Below the pieces are notes generated by a model that worked only from the letters and a program-made list of their open reading frames with translations, was not told the DNA's origin and did no database searches. Positions 20,841 through 31,791 of a stretch of DNA of 64,000 bases are shown here, piece by piece; positions within the stretch are counted from its first letter, which is position 1, and every line of letters begins with the position of its first letter. The stretch is from Pseudomonadota bacterium (GTDB lineage Bacteria; Myxococcota_A; UBA796; UBA9615): NCBI GenBank assembly GCA_024229515.1, contig JAAESI010000071.1:4023-68022 (forward strand), given 5' to 3'. The position numbers and the translations under genes were made by a program.

Positions 20841-20857
20841 CTGAACACCCGTTCAGG
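20841..20857. promoter_or_regulatory. Candidate LexA operator (SOS box) upstream of recA
   Basis: The palindrome CTGAACACCCGTTCAGG matches, at every position, the 17-mer CTRHAMRYBYGTTCAGS that I recall as the Myxococcus xanthus LexA box. It lies about 68 bp upstream of the recA ATG. Confidence 0.65.
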
Positions 20858-20968
20858 TCAAGCCGATCCCTTGTAGGTTCAAACTATCTTCCGGCGGGGC
20901 GGCCAGCGCAAGGCCAATTCGTGGGAAGAGAATGGATTTCAGGCGGGACGGAAACCGTCCCGGCTCGG

Positions 20969-22261
20969 TCAGTTCAACCGCAGAATCTGCCGCCGAAGCA
21001 TGTCCAAAGCGATCACCGCGCTGAACCTCCGGACCATGTCCCGGCCGCGTGCGGGCAGGAACAGCGTGCGCACCCGGCTCCCCGCCGGTCCGTCGATGCC
21101 CACGCAGACCGTGCCCACCGGCTTGGCCTCGGTGCCCCCGCCCGGCCCCGCGATCCCGGTGACGCCGATCCCCCACTCGACCCCGCCCGCCTCACGCGCG
21201 CCTGCGGCCATCTGAACGGCGATCTCCTCGGCGACGGCGCCCTGGGCCTCCAGGGTCGACTCCAGGACCCCCAACTCGCTCACCTTCGCGGCGTTGGAGT
21301 ACGTCACGAAGCCCCGCTCCAACCACCGGCTGCTGCCCGGTTCGGTGACGCAGAGGTGGCCGATCAGCCCGCCGGTGCAGGACTCCGCCAGCGCCAGGCG
21401 CTCGCCCCGCGCCACCAGCAGCTCGCCGATCGCGGCGGCGAGGGAGACGTCCTCGTCCTCGCTGAAGGCGTCCTTGCCGAGCAGCAGCCGCACCGCGTCG
21501 ACGGCCGCGTCGAACCGGTCCGCGGGCACCTCCGGATCGGCGACGAGCTTGACCTGGTTCTCCGGCATCGCCGTGCGGAAGCCCAGCACCACCCCGTCGA
21601 AGCCGGCGATCACGTCCCCGAGCAGGTCCTGCAGCTGGGACTCGCCCCTGCCGAGCACGCGGAACAAGAACCGCCGGGGGGCTGCCACTCCGCCCTCTTC
21701 GACCAGGGCCGGCCGCACGACCTCGTGCCACATCGCTTTCATCTCCGAGGGCACGCCGGGGAGGCAGAACAGGCGGGTGCCGGCCGCCGTCGTCACTCCG
21801 AAGCCCGGCGCCGTGCCGCGACCATTGGGCACGATGAACGCCCGCGTCGGGAGCATCGCCTGCCGGCGGTTGGCGGCGGCCATCGTGTGCCCCGCGGCGC
21901 GGTACTTCGCCTCGACCTGCTCAAGCGCCTCGGGGTTGAGGGCGACGGTGTCGTCGAACGCGATCGCCGCGGCTTCGGCGGTCAGGTCGTCCTCGGTGGG
22001 GCCGAGGCCTCCCGTGCAGACCACCACGTCGGCGCTCGCCACGGCCCGGGTGAGCACGTCGGCGATCGCGTCGGTGCGATCGGCCGCGGTCGCTGCTCCG
22101 ACGACCCGGAAGCCGAGGTCGGTGAGCTTGCCGCACAGCCAGGCCGAGTTCGTGTCGACCGTCTGACCGGTGAGCAGCTCTTCGCCTTGGCTGACGACAA
22201 AAGCGGTGGCGGAGGCGTCGTTCATGGCGGCGATCATGCCCGCTTCGAGCCGCTGGTACAC
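20969..22261 (-). CDS. cinA: Competence/damage-inducible protein CinA (fused MoCF-binding and CinA C-terminal domains)
   Basis: N-terminal molybdopterin-binding-like domain and a C-terminal CinA domain. It sits in the classical cinA-recA arrangement. The start is uncertain. Confidence 0.85.
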   Translation of the reverse strand: MYQRLEAGMIAAMNDASATAFVVSQGEELLTGQTVDTNSAWLCGKLTDLGFRVVGAATAADRTDAIADVLTRAVASADVVVCTGGLGPTEDDLTAEAAAIAFDDTVALNPEALEQVEAKYRAAGHTMAAANRRQAMLPTRAFIVPNGRGTAPGFGVTTAAGTRLFCLPGVPSEMKAMWHEVVRPALVEEGGVAAPRRFLFRVLGRGESQLQDLLGDVIAGFDGVVLGFRTAMPENQVKLVADPEVPADRFDAAVDAVRLLLGKDAFSEDEDVSLAAAIGELLVARGERLALAESCTGGLIGHLCVTEPGSSRWLERGFVTYSNAAKVSELGVLESTLEAQGAVAEEIAVQMAAGAREAGGVEWGIGVTGIAGPGGGTEAKPVGTVCVGIDGPAGSRVRTLFLPARGRDMVRRFSAVIALDMLRRQILRLN

Positions 22262-22269
22262 TCCCGCCC

Positions 22270-25104
22270 GTGATGGCCACAGAGACGATCCGGGGGCTGA
22301 TCGTCGCGTGCGCGAGCGCGCTCGTGCTGTCTGCCTGTGGCAGCGGCTTCGTGCTCGATCTCTCGCGATCTCAGCTCGCCTTCGAAGACACCCCCGTGGG
22401 CGGCGCCGACGACGAGGGGCTGGACGTCGTGATCCTCAGGGGCGGGCCCGCCGAGCTGACCGCCACCCTCGACCCTCCGAGCGCGCCGTTCGCGGTCGTG
22501 CAGACCCCCGATCCCGTGCTCGGCACCGACGAGCCGACGTTCGTCTCGGTCCGCTTCCAGCCCACCACCCCCGGCCCGCACCTGGCCGTGCTGTCGTTGA
22601 CCCTCTCCAACGTGTTGGGGACCACCACGCACGACATCGCGCTGTCAGGAGAGGGGCTGCTGGCGGCTCTGGACATCGACCGGGACGGCTTCGTGGGCGA
22701 CGAGGACTGCGACGAGGAGGATGCCTCCACGTTTCCCGGGGCTCCGGAGATCTGCGACGGCGTCGACAACGACTGCGACGGTCTGCTCCCGACCAACGAG
22801 TCCGACTTCGACGGGGACGGCGTCGCCGCCTGTGCGGGGGACTGCTCGGACGACGACGACACGGTCTATCCGGAAGCTCCCGAGCTGTGCGACGGCAAGG
22901 ACAACGACTGCGACGGCGACCTCAGCGCCGAGGACGACGGGGACGGCGACGGCGTGCCCCCCTGCGCCGGCGACTGCGACGACGACGATCCCTTCCAGTT
23001 CCCGGGCGCCACGGAGCTGTGCAACGCCGCCGACGACGACTGCGACGGGGAGGTCCCTGCGTCCGAGCTCGACAGCGACAACGACGGCTGGCACGTCTGC
23101 GCCGGTGACTGCGCGGATGATGACCCCCTCCGCTACCCGCTCGCCCCCGAGGCGTGCAACGAGCTGGATGACGACTGCGACGCGATCGTCCCCGGGGACG
23201 AGGTCGACGACGACGGCGACGGCTTCCTCGCCTGCGCCGAGTGCGACGACACCAACCCCGACATCGTCCCGGGCGGCACCGAACTTTGCGACGGGGTCGA
23301 TACCGACTGCGACGGCACGCTGCCCGCCGATGAAGTCGACGCCGATGGCGACACGTTCCTCGCCTGCGCCGAGTGCGACGACGCCTCCGACGTCTCGTAC
23401 CCCGGCGCCGACGAGCTCTGCGACGGCCTCGACAACGACTGCGACGGTGTGGTCCCCGACCTCGAGGTGGATGACGACGGAGACAGCGTCTTCGCCTGCC
23501 TCGACTGCGACGATACCGACGCCACCGCGTTCCCCGGGAACCCGGAGGTCTGCGACGGCGTCGACAACGACTGCGACGGCGTCGTGCCGGTCGACGAGGT
23601 GGACGTCGACATCGACGGCTTCCCCCTGTGCGACGACTGCGACGATGACAACGACCTGACCTTCCCCGGCGCGACCGAGGAGTGCGACGGCGAGGACAAC
23701 GACTGCGACACGGTCGTGCCCGACGACGAGATCGACGACGACGGCGACGGCGAAGTCGAGTGCGGCCTCGACTGCGACGACGAGGACCCCGACATCTACG
23801 GCGGGGCCGACGAGGAGTGCTTCGACGGCGTCGACAACGACTGCGACGGCACCGTCAACCAGGGCTGCGACTGCCCGGTCTGGGGCCACGACGTCTCCGG
23901 CTCCGGCTGCACCACCTTCGGCACCTTCGAGTGCCCCTGGCCCGGCGCCCAGTTGGCCATCGACGAGGCGATCGACAGCGCCACCTGCGACGAGGCGTGG
24001 CTCAAGCCCGCGACCTACGCCGAGACGCTCGTGATCGACGGCGACGTGCTCGTCCGGGGCCCGGGAGACCGCGGCGCGGTGGTCATCGACGCCAACGGCG
24101 CCGACTCCGCGATCTCCATCCCCGGGGGCGGCGAGGTGACGCTGCTGCACATGAGCATCGAAGGGGGGGCGGCGCTGGAAGGCGGTGGCCTGTTCGCGTC
24201 GGACTCCTACCTCGTGATCGGCAACGTGCTCTTCGAAGGCAACTCCTGCAGCGCCGGTGGCGCCGGCGGCGCGATCTTCGTGGAGGACTCGGAGGTGGCG
24301 TTCGCGCAACTCGAGTTCCAGGGCAACAGCTGCGGTTTTGGCGGCGTCGACGACGGCAACGACGGCGGGGCGATTTTCTTCGCCGAGACCTTCGGTTCGG
24401 TCACCTCGAGCTGGTTCGAGGGCAACTCCGCGGGCGACGGCAGCGCCATCTTCATCGACGGCGGCGAGGACACCCTCAGCGTCGTCAACAGCACGTTCCT
24501 GCTCAACCAGACCGACGACTCGGACGACCCCGTGGGCGAGATCGAGGGCGGCGCGGTGGTCGTGGACGCCAACCACAAGACGATCCTGAACAACGTGTTT
24601 GCCGACAACACCGGCTCGGCCGGCGGCGGCGCGATCGTGGTCACCGGCGCGCAGGGCACCGCGACGCTCGTGGCCGGAAACGTCGTCGTCTACAACGACA
24701 GCCCCGCGGGCGCGGGCATCCACTTCGGGGTGGTCTCGGCGTTCGGCTCCACGGGCACGTACGTCAACAACATCGTGGCGTTCAACCAGGGCTACGGCGC
24801 CTGGAGCGATGGCAGCGCCTTCCCCGCGGACTTCCAATACAACGACGTCTTCGGGAACACGTCTGGCGCCTACGGCGCGGCCTCCGGACCGCTGGTGCTC
24901 CCGATCAACAACATCGCGTCGGATCCCGCCTTCGTGTCGCTCACCAACGACGGCGACTGGACCAACGACGACCTCGCCCTCCAGGTCGGCTCCGCGTGCA
25001 TCGACACCGGCGATCCCCGGGTCGGGTTCAACGACCCCGACGGCACGCGCGCCGACATGGGCATCTACGGCGGCCCCGCCGGCGACTGGGTCTGGCCCCC
25101 TTGA
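22270..25104 (+). CDS. Large lipoprotein with about 10 tandem MopE-like metal-binding cysteine repeats and a C-terminal right-handed beta-helix region
   Basis: Lipobox LVLSAC. The unit FPGAPEICDGVDNDCDG...CAGDCDDDD repeats about ten times. The C-terminal half has parallel beta-helix style GGAIF/NS repeats. Confidence 0.85.
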   Translation: MMATETIRGLIVACASALVLSACGSGFVLDLSRSQLAFEDTPVGGADDEGLDVVILRGGPAELTATLDPPSAPFAVVQTPDPVLGTDEPTFVSVRFQPTTPGPHLAVLSLTLSNVLGTTTHDIALSGEGLLAALDIDRDGFVGDEDCDEEDASTFPGAPEICDGVDNDCDGLLPTNESDFDGDGVAACAGDCSDDDDTVYPEAPELCDGKDNDCDGDLSAEDDGDGDGVPPCAGDCDDDDPFQFPGATELCNAADDDCDGEVPASELDSDNDGWHVCAGDCADDDPLRYPLAPEACNELDDDCDAIVPGDEVDDDGDGFLACAECDDTNPDIVPGGTELCDGVDTDCDGTLPADEVDADGDTFLACAECDDASDVSYPGADELCDGLDNDCDGVVPDLEVDDDGDSVFACLDCDDTDATAFPGNPEVCDGVDNDCDGVVPVDEVDVDIDGFPLCDDCDDDNDLTFPGATEECDGEDNDCDTVVPDDEIDDDGDGEVECGLDCDDEDPDIYGGADEECFDGVDNDCDGTVNQGCDCPVWGHDVSGSGCTTFGTFECPWPGAQLAIDEAIDSATCDEAWLKPATYAETLVIDGDVLVRGPGDRGAVVIDANGADSAISIPGGGEVTLLHMSIEGGAALEGGGLFASDSYLVIGNVLFEGNSCSAGGAGGAIFVEDSEVAFAQLEFQGNSCGFGGVDDGNDGGAIFFAETFGSVTSSWFEGNSAGDGSAIFIDGGEDTLSVVNSTFLLNQTDDSDDPVGEIEGGAVVVDANHKTILNNVFADNTGSAGGGAIVVTGAQGTATLVAGNVVVYNDSPAGAGIHFGVVSAFGSTGTYVNNIVAFNQGYGAWSDGSAFPADFQYNDVFGNTSGAYGAASGPLVLPINNIASDPAFVSLTNDGDWTNDDLALQVGSACIDTGDPRVGFNDPDGTRADMGIYGGPAGDWVWPP
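22690..23880 (+). repeat. Tandem in-frame repeats of about 100 bp encoding CDGxDNDCDG cysteine-rich modules
   Basis: The tgcgacggcgtcgacaacgactgcgacggc core recurs at regular spacing inside the CDS at 22270..25104. Confidence 0.8.
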
Positions 25105-25535
25105 GCCGAAGCCTCGGCCTGGACGTGGGCACCCGCACCATCGGAATCGCGGTCTCGGATCCCCTCGGCGTGATCGCGCAGCCGGTGGAGACCTACGCCC
25201 GCGTGGGCAGCCGCAAGGACGTGCAGTACGTGGCCGCGATGGTCGCGGAGCGCCAGGTCGGCCGGGTCGTCGTGGGGCTCCCCCTGCGCACCGACGGCAG
25301 CGAGGGGCCCGAGGCCGAGTCCGTGCGTCGGATGGTGGAGTCGCTGTCGGGGGTTCTGGACGAGAGCGTCGACGTGGTCTTCGTGGACGAGCGCTTCACG
25401 ACGGCGCAGGCGGAGCGGGCGTTGCTGTCCGGCAACGTGCGCCGCTCCAAGCGCAAGCAGGTCATCGACCAGGTGGCCGCGGTCCTGATCCTCCAGGCGC
25501 ACTTGGATTCGAGCCCCCAGGGAGAGAGTTTTTGA
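25101..25535 (+). CDS. ruvX: Holliday junction resolvase-like protein RuvX/YqgF
   Basis: LGLDVGTRTIGIAVSD N-terminus typical of YqgF. A TTG start overlaps the upstream stop as TTGA. Confidence 0.85.
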   Translation: MSRSLGLDVGTRTIGIAVSDPLGVIAQPVETYARVGSRKDVQYVAAMVAERQVGRVVVGLPLRTDGSEGPEAESVRRMVESLSGVLDESVDVVFVDERFTTAQAERALLSGNVRRSKRKQVIDQVAAVLILQAHLDSSPQGESF

Positions 25536-26578
25536 TGGCAGGCAAAGGCGGCGGCGTGCTGCGGGTCCTCGGTTGGCTGGTGCTGATCGCGGTGATCGCG
25601 TTCGGGGCGACGATGTGGTGGGGCTGGGCGCAGGTCGAGTCGTTCATCGCGGAGGTCCCCTCGGGAGAACACGAGGAGCGGATCCTCGAGATCCCCCGGG
25701 GCTCGGGTCCCCAGACCATCTCGACCCTGCTCGCCAACGAGGGCGTGATCACCGACTCGGAGAAGTTCGCGCTGTTCCTGCGGTGGAAGAAGGCGGCTCC
25801 CGGGCTGCGCGCGGGCGAGTTTCGGTTCTGGACGGACCAGACGCCGGAGCAGGTGCTGGATGTGCTGCTGAACGCAGCCGAAGTGACGTACTCCGTCACG
25901 ATCGCGCCCGGCCTTCGGATCGAGGAGATGGGCGCCAAAGCCGAAGAGGCCGGACGCGGCTCGGCCGAGCGCTACACGCAGCTGGCCCGCGACGCGGCCT
26001 TCATCGAGTCCCTGGGGCTCGGCATGGACCCGCCCCCCGAGCACCTCGAGGGGCTGCTCGTGCCCGAGACCTACTCGTTCGGGCGCGACGCCGACGAGGA
26101 GGACCTGCTGCGCGCCCAGATCGCTCGCTACAAGGAGATCTGGAACGCCGAGCGGCGGGCTACCGCCGAGGCCATTGGGATGACCCCCTACGAGGTCACG
26201 ACTCTGGCGAGCGTGGTCGAGAAGGAGACCGGCGCGGCTCAGGAGCGGCCCCTGATCGCGGGCGTGTTCCACAACCGGCTGCGCAGGGGGATGAAGCTCG
26301 AGAGCGATCCGACGATCATCTACGGGCTCGTGAACTACGACGGAAACATCCGCCGCAGCGACATCCGCCGGCCTCATCCCTGGAACACGTACGTCATCCC
26401 CGCGCTGCCGCCGACCCCCATCGCGGGGCCCGGGGTGGAGGCGATCGACGCGGTCCTGAACCCGACCGAGACGAAGGCGATCTTCTTCGTGAGCCGCAAC
26501 GACGGCACGCATCACTTCAGCGAGACGTACGCCGAACACGCCCGGATGGTGCGGAAATACCAACGCGGCGGGCGCTGA
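25535..26578 (+). CDS. mltG: Endolytic murein transglycosylase MltG (YceG family)
   Basis: N-terminal TM helix and a YceG domain. The ATG overlaps the ruvX TGA by 1 nt (TGATG). Confidence 0.9.
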   Translation: MAGKGGGVLRVLGWLVLIAVIAFGATMWWGWAQVESFIAEVPSGEHEERILEIPRGSGPQTISTLLANEGVITDSEKFALFLRWKKAAPGLRAGEFRFWTDQTPEQVLDVLLNAAEVTYSVTIAPGLRIEEMGAKAEEAGRGSAERYTQLARDAAFIESLGLGMDPPPEHLEGLLVPETYSFGRDADEEDLLRAQIARYKEIWNAERRATAEAIGMTPYEVTTLASVVEKETGAAQERPLIAGVFHNRLRRGMKLESDPTIIYGLVNYDGNIRRSDIRRPHPWNTYVIPALPPTPIAGPGVEAIDAVLNPTETKAIFFVSRNDGTHHFSETYAEHARMVRKYQRGGR

Positions 26579-26645
26579 TCGAGGCACACTGAGAGCGGTC
26601 GACAGGAATCTACCGATCGGTATATTTCTGCCGTCTGGAGTGCTC

Positions 26646-28457
<1,812 letters not shown>

Positions 28458-28460
28458 GGC

Positions 28461-30170
28461 TCACCGCGGCGCTGTCAGCACCCCCTCCCGGCAGGACGCT
28501 TGCAGGTCGGGGGGGAGGAACTCGCACTGGTCCGCAGCGAGCTCCGCGCTGCCGGTGCAGCGGACGGCGAGTCCCATGCCCAGCGCCGTGGCCTGCTGCT
28601 CGGTGTAGAGCGCCGGAGCCCCCGCCTTCCCGAGCTCATCCTCCCCCGGACAGTCGGGGATGGACCGAACGAGGGGCCCGTCGTTTTGGGCCGTCCCGCT
28701 CGCGAACGCGATCCGGAACCCTTCGAGTTCTTTGCGACCGTTGGAGTTCGAGGTCGTGAGGAGGTGGTCGAGTACCCGGTTGAACCGAGGAAGCTCATGC
28801 GCTGTCAGCGTGGGTACGCCCGCTTGAAAGCGGTCCCTGGGATGGCGGGTCGGGAGCGCGAAGTGAAGCCACGGCTGGAGTCGATCGTCAGGTCGGTCCC
28901 AGGACGTCACCAGCCCGATCTGGCCCACTGCGTTCGGGATCAGGAGCAGCGCTGCAGCGCCGATGGCGAGCATCCGGCCTCGCTCGGAGTGGGACCAGAT
29001 CGACGCGAGCCCGAGGCCCACCACAACCTGTCCGAAGACGTAGGCGGGGGCGAGGCGGCGGTCCTTCAGCTCGAGCTGCATGTCCAGAAGGACGGGGAGC
29101 GCGACGAGGCAGATCGCGGCGATCAACGCCACGTAGAGGCGACGGGCGACCGCGGAGCGGTCGGTGGTGCTCTTGAGCGCCGTGACGGCGAGGAGAATCG
29201 CGACGATCGCGCCGCCCGCGATTCCCGCCCGGGTCCACGCGTCGATCGGGCCCTGCAGCGTGTCACTCCAGGACCACAGGCCGGGAAGATCCCAGCCTGC
29301 GTAGCGCGGCCTCGTGAGGAGGACGTCGAGGTGTTCGGCGATCGAACCGGGGCTTGCTGTGCCGCCTGCCAGGTCCCGGAGGGTGGTCCCCTGAGCACCG
29401 AAGTCATCCAGCTTGAACTCGAAGTTTCGGCCGATCCAGGGGCGGAAGCCCAGGGCCCCCCCGGCCAGGAAGATCGGAACTCCCGCGAGGGCGCGGATGC
29501 CCAGCGCGAGGGGGAGGAGGACCAGGATCAGAGCCACCGGGAGGAGGTTCAGAAGCGAGAACCAGATGCCGAACCCGGCGATCGCCCCCGCTCCGAACAC
29601 CAACGGCACCCAGGCACGCCGCCGGGCGGCCTCTCCGGCGGTGAGCAGCAGCAAGATGATGAGCGGTGGGAACAGCACCGATTCGGCGTGGTTGCCCCAG
29701 TGGATGCAGGACATGATCAGCTGGGGGGCGGGGGACACGACGAGCGCGCCCGCCAGCCACAGGCGTCCGTCGTCTCCGAACAGCCGATGAGCGACGGCGA
29801 GCCAGGCGAGCAGAGCGCCAAAGGCCCACAGCAAGGCACCCAGCTTCACGGTCCAGGCGGTGAGTCCGAAGACGCCGGCGAGCGGGACCAGCACCAAGGA
29901 GACCGCCAGCGTTCCTCCGTCGAAGTCCTGATACTGGTAGTCGTAGAGCGAGCCGACGAAGATCGATCGGGTCCCCCACTGGGGTGGCGCCGGCCAGAGG
30001 TCAGCGTCCCCGTAGACCGCTGCGGCGAGGCGGAGGTTGACGTATTCCTCGGGGTGGTAGAGCTGGGTCGGAGCACCCGCGATCAGGATCAGTCGCGCTG
30101 CCGCGAAGGACAGGAGGAGGGCGAGCAGGATCCGCCGCTTCGTCTGGTCAGGAGCGGGCTTGTCGGTCAC
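28461..30170 (-). CDS. Polytopic membrane protein, GT-C-fold glycosyltransferase-like (PMT/ArnT-like)
   Basis: About 11 predicted TM helices in the N-terminal 400 aa, followed by a soluble C-terminal domain with 4 Cys. GTG start at 30170. Confidence 0.7.
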   Translation of the reverse strand: MTDKPAPDQTKRRILLALLLSFAAARLILIAGAPTQLYHPEEYVNLRLAAAVYGDADLWPAPPQWGTRSIFVGSLYDYQYQDFDGGTLAVSLVLVPLAGVFGLTAWTVKLGALLWAFGALLAWLAVAHRLFGDDGRLWLAGALVVSPAPQLIMSCIHWGNHAESVLFPPLIILLLLTAGEAARRRAWVPLVFGAGAIAGFGIWFSLLNLLPVALILVLLPLALGIRALAGVPIFLAGGALGFRPWIGRNFEFKLDDFGAQGTTLRDLAGGTASPGSIAEHLDVLLTRPRYAGWDLPGLWSWSDTLQGPIDAWTRAGIAGGAIVAILLAVTALKSTTDRSAVARRLYVALIAAICLVALPVLLDMQLELKDRRLAPAYVFGQVVVGLGLASIWSHSERGRMLAIGAAALLLIPNAVGQIGLVTSWDRPDDRLQPWLHFALPTRHPRDRFQAGVPTLTAHELPRFNRVLDHLLTTSNSNGRKELEGFRIAFASGTAQNDGPLVRSIPDCPGEDELGKAGAPALYTEQQATALGMGLAVRCTGSAELAADQCEFLPPDLQASCREGVLTAPR

Positions 30171-30327
30171 ACCCAGGAACTTCCACGCCGGTTGCGTTGC
30201 AGCCCGGGGCCCGCGGAGTCCCGATCACGATCTCGGGTGCGTCGATGCACCAGGAGTAGTCCGACGCCGCGGCGGGGGACAGGGGCAGGAGCACGAGCGA
30301 GATGAGCAGGCCGAGGAGCGTCCGCAT
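30148..30327 (-). CDS. Small secreted cysteine-containing peptide (59 aa), not in the ORF track
   Basis: Hand translation gives MRTLLGLLISLVLLPLSPAAASDYSWCIDAPEIVIGTPRAPGCNATGVEVPGCDRQARS, a clean signal peptide. The ORF ends 23 bp inside the start of the downstream membrane protein. Confidence 0.45.
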   Translation of the reverse strand: MRTLLGLLISLVLLPLSPAAASDYSWCIDAPEIVIGTPRAPGCNATGVEVPGCDRQARS

Positions 30328-30351
30328 GCCCTTCGAGTCTAGCGGTTTGGC

Positions 30352-30564
30352 CTACGCGGCGGAGTCCTGCGGCATCACGAAGAAGAGCACGAGGTACGCC
30401 AGCAGGCCGGGGCCGCCGAGCAGGGCGGTCAGCAGGAAGGCGGCGCGTACGAGCACGGGGTCCCAGCCGTAGCGGCGGGCGATGCCGGAGCAGACGCCGA
30501 AGAAGACGCGGTCGTTCAGCGGGCGGGTGAGGCGGGAGGACGAGGTGGTGGTCATTTCGTGCAT
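30352..30564 (-). CDS. PspC domain protein
   Basis: VFFGVCSGIARRYGWDPVLVR motif followed by a TM helix. Confidence 0.75.
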   Translation of the reverse strand: MHEMTTTSSSRLTRPLNDRVFFGVCSGIARRYGWDPVLVRAAFLLTALLGGPGLLAYLVLFFVMPQDSAA

Positions 30565-30807
30565 GTTCCTTGGCTCAGCAGAAGGTGAGGATGGGGGCGG
30601 GAAGGGGAATCGCCATGACGGCGGTCGGCATCAGGACGGTGAGGGTCAGGGCGATGAGGACGAGACCAGTCATGGCGGCTCCGGCTTGCGTCGCGGCATC
30701 AGCGCCGTCGACACACAGAAGCTACGGCCGGGATCGCCGATCTCTTGCCTGTTGCGCGGCGGGCGGACGCCGCGGGCGCCGAACGGTCGGAATCGACCGG
30801 TGAACGG

Positions 30808-31791
30808 TCAGACGGTCAGCACCAGCTTGCCCACCGTGTCGCCGGTCTCGATCGCGCGGTGCGCATCCGCGACGTCCTCGAGCGGGAAGGTCTGGATCGT
30901 CGGGTGGGGGAGCAGCCCGGCGGTGTGGAGCGCCAGCAGCTCCTCCATGCCCCGCCGCAGCAGGGCGGCGTTGGGGAAGAGGTAGCTTAGGTTGAAGCCG
31001 AGCACGCTCTTGTTCGCGGTCACCAGATCGAGGGGGGAGAAGCGGGGTGTGCGCAGGAAGCTCCAGGCCAGCTTCGGCCAGTCCGGCGTGCCGCGGCCGC
31101 GCTTGAACATCGTCGCCGCGCCGTAGACCACGAGCCGGCCCCCGGGGGCGAGGTGGGCGTAGCTGTCGCGCAGGCTCGGGCCCCCGTTGGCGTCCAGGAT
31201 CACGTCGACCAGATCGACCCGGATCCAGACGTCCTCCCGCTCCCGAACGATCACTTCGTCAGCGCCGCGGGCCCGCGCCAGGTCTTCCTTGTGCGCCCGT
31301 CCGACCACGCCGATGACCCGGGCGCCCATCTCCTTGGCGATCGAGATGGCGGCGCCCCCGACCCCGCCGGAGGCCGAGTGGATGAGTACGGTCTCGCCCT
31401 CCAGCGGCCGCGACAGGTGCTTCAGCGCGTACCAGGCGGTCAGGTTCACCGCCGGGAAGGCGGCAGCCTGCTCGTCGGTCCAGCCCTCGGGGATGTCGAA
31501 CAGCTGGTGGGGCGGCACGACGACGTGGGACGCATAGGCGCCGAACAGCGTCACCCCGAAGACGCGGTGGCCGTCGCAGGTGCCGGCGATGTCGAAGCCC
31601 GGGGTGATCGGCCAGCCGACGAACTCCTTGGCGGAGGAGTACAGCCCCATGCGGACGATGCAGTCGGCGAAATTGACCGAGGCGGCGGACACTTCGACGA
31701 GGCAGTCATCGCCGATGGGCGCCGGGTCGGGGTGTTCTTCGAGCGTCAGCCGGTTGTACGAGCCGGCTTTGTGGATGACGACCTTCCTCAC
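30808..31791 (-). CDS. Zinc-binding/NADPH:quinone oxidoreductase family protein (MDR superfamily)
   Basis: GxGxxG-like ASGGVGGAAI Rossmann motif and the MDR fold. Confidence 0.9.
   Translation of the reverse strand: MRKVVIHKAGSYNRLTLEEHPDPAPIGDDCLVEVSAASVNFADCIVRMGLYSSAKEFVGWPITPGFDIAGTCDGHRVFGVTLFGAYASHVVVPPHQLFDIPEGWTDEQAAAFPAVNLTAWYALKHLSRPLEGETVLIHSASGGVGGAAISIAKEMGARVIGVVGRAHKEDLARARGADEVIVREREDVWIRVDLVDVILDANGGPSLRDSYAHLAPGGRLVVYGAATMFKRGRGTPDWPKLAWSFLRTPRFSPLDLVTANKSVLGFNLSYLFPNAALLRRGMEELLALHTAGLLPHPTIQTFPLEDVADAHRAIETGDTVGKLVLTV

Noticed and set aside
22645-24837. 730-aa minus-strand ORF and overlapping alternative-frame ORFs (22721..23659, 23682..25535)
   Set aside because: They are shadows of the MopE-repeat lipoprotein gene. 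The only real coding in the alternative frame is the ruvX part after 25101.
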